From Octopus sinensis (lineage: Eukaryota), in NCBI RefSeq assembly GCF_006345805.1, contig NC_043016.1, forward strand, positions 14,260,001-14,324,000: a stretch of DNA of 64,000 nt. The letters are read 5' to 3'. Of this stretch, positions 63,983 through 64,000 are shown in pieces (position 1 is the first letter of the stretch; each line of letters begins with the position of its first letter). The position numbers and the translations under genes are program-made. Under the pieces are notes generated by a model, which was not told the origin of the DNA, did not search any database, and saw nothing but the letters and a program-made list of their open reading frames with translations.

Positions 63983-64000
63983 GAAATAATAATAATTTTT

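Overview
AT-rich, repeat-dense animal genomic DNA. The repeat families look like those of Octopus (inferred, not searched). The main protein gene is on the + strand and is AASDH/ACSF4, an NRPS-like beta-alanine-activating enzyme. Eight coding exons (30615-63482, 418 codons, all GT-AG and phase-consistent) cover most of the adenylation domain, and the gene continues past the window. Head-to-head with it, on the - strand at 29951-30085, is a 44-aa single-transmembrane ORF (MNDCNNRFTATAGARSISTRLFTNFSLVLLIFIILFLLLSQEVF). It carries the L-F-x-N-F signature of phospholamban/sarcolipin and has a splice acceptor, an upstream GTGAGT donor and a poly(A) signal. This candidate cephalopod SERCA-regulating micropeptide is the top finding. 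The left part has splice-site-bounded candidate exons of an unidentified - strand transcript. The rest is transposable elements: 5'-truncated RTE LINEs with a variable 61-62 bp tandem module, tRNA-derived SINEs, Penelope-like fragments with hammerhead ribozymes, a decayed Ty3/Gypsy element, a mariner remnant, an ORF1-only L1/Tx1-like insert, a Helitron and several MITEs. Two hammerheads have an intact core, one in sense orientation in AASDH intron 3. No CRISPR array, rRNA or functional tRNA was found.
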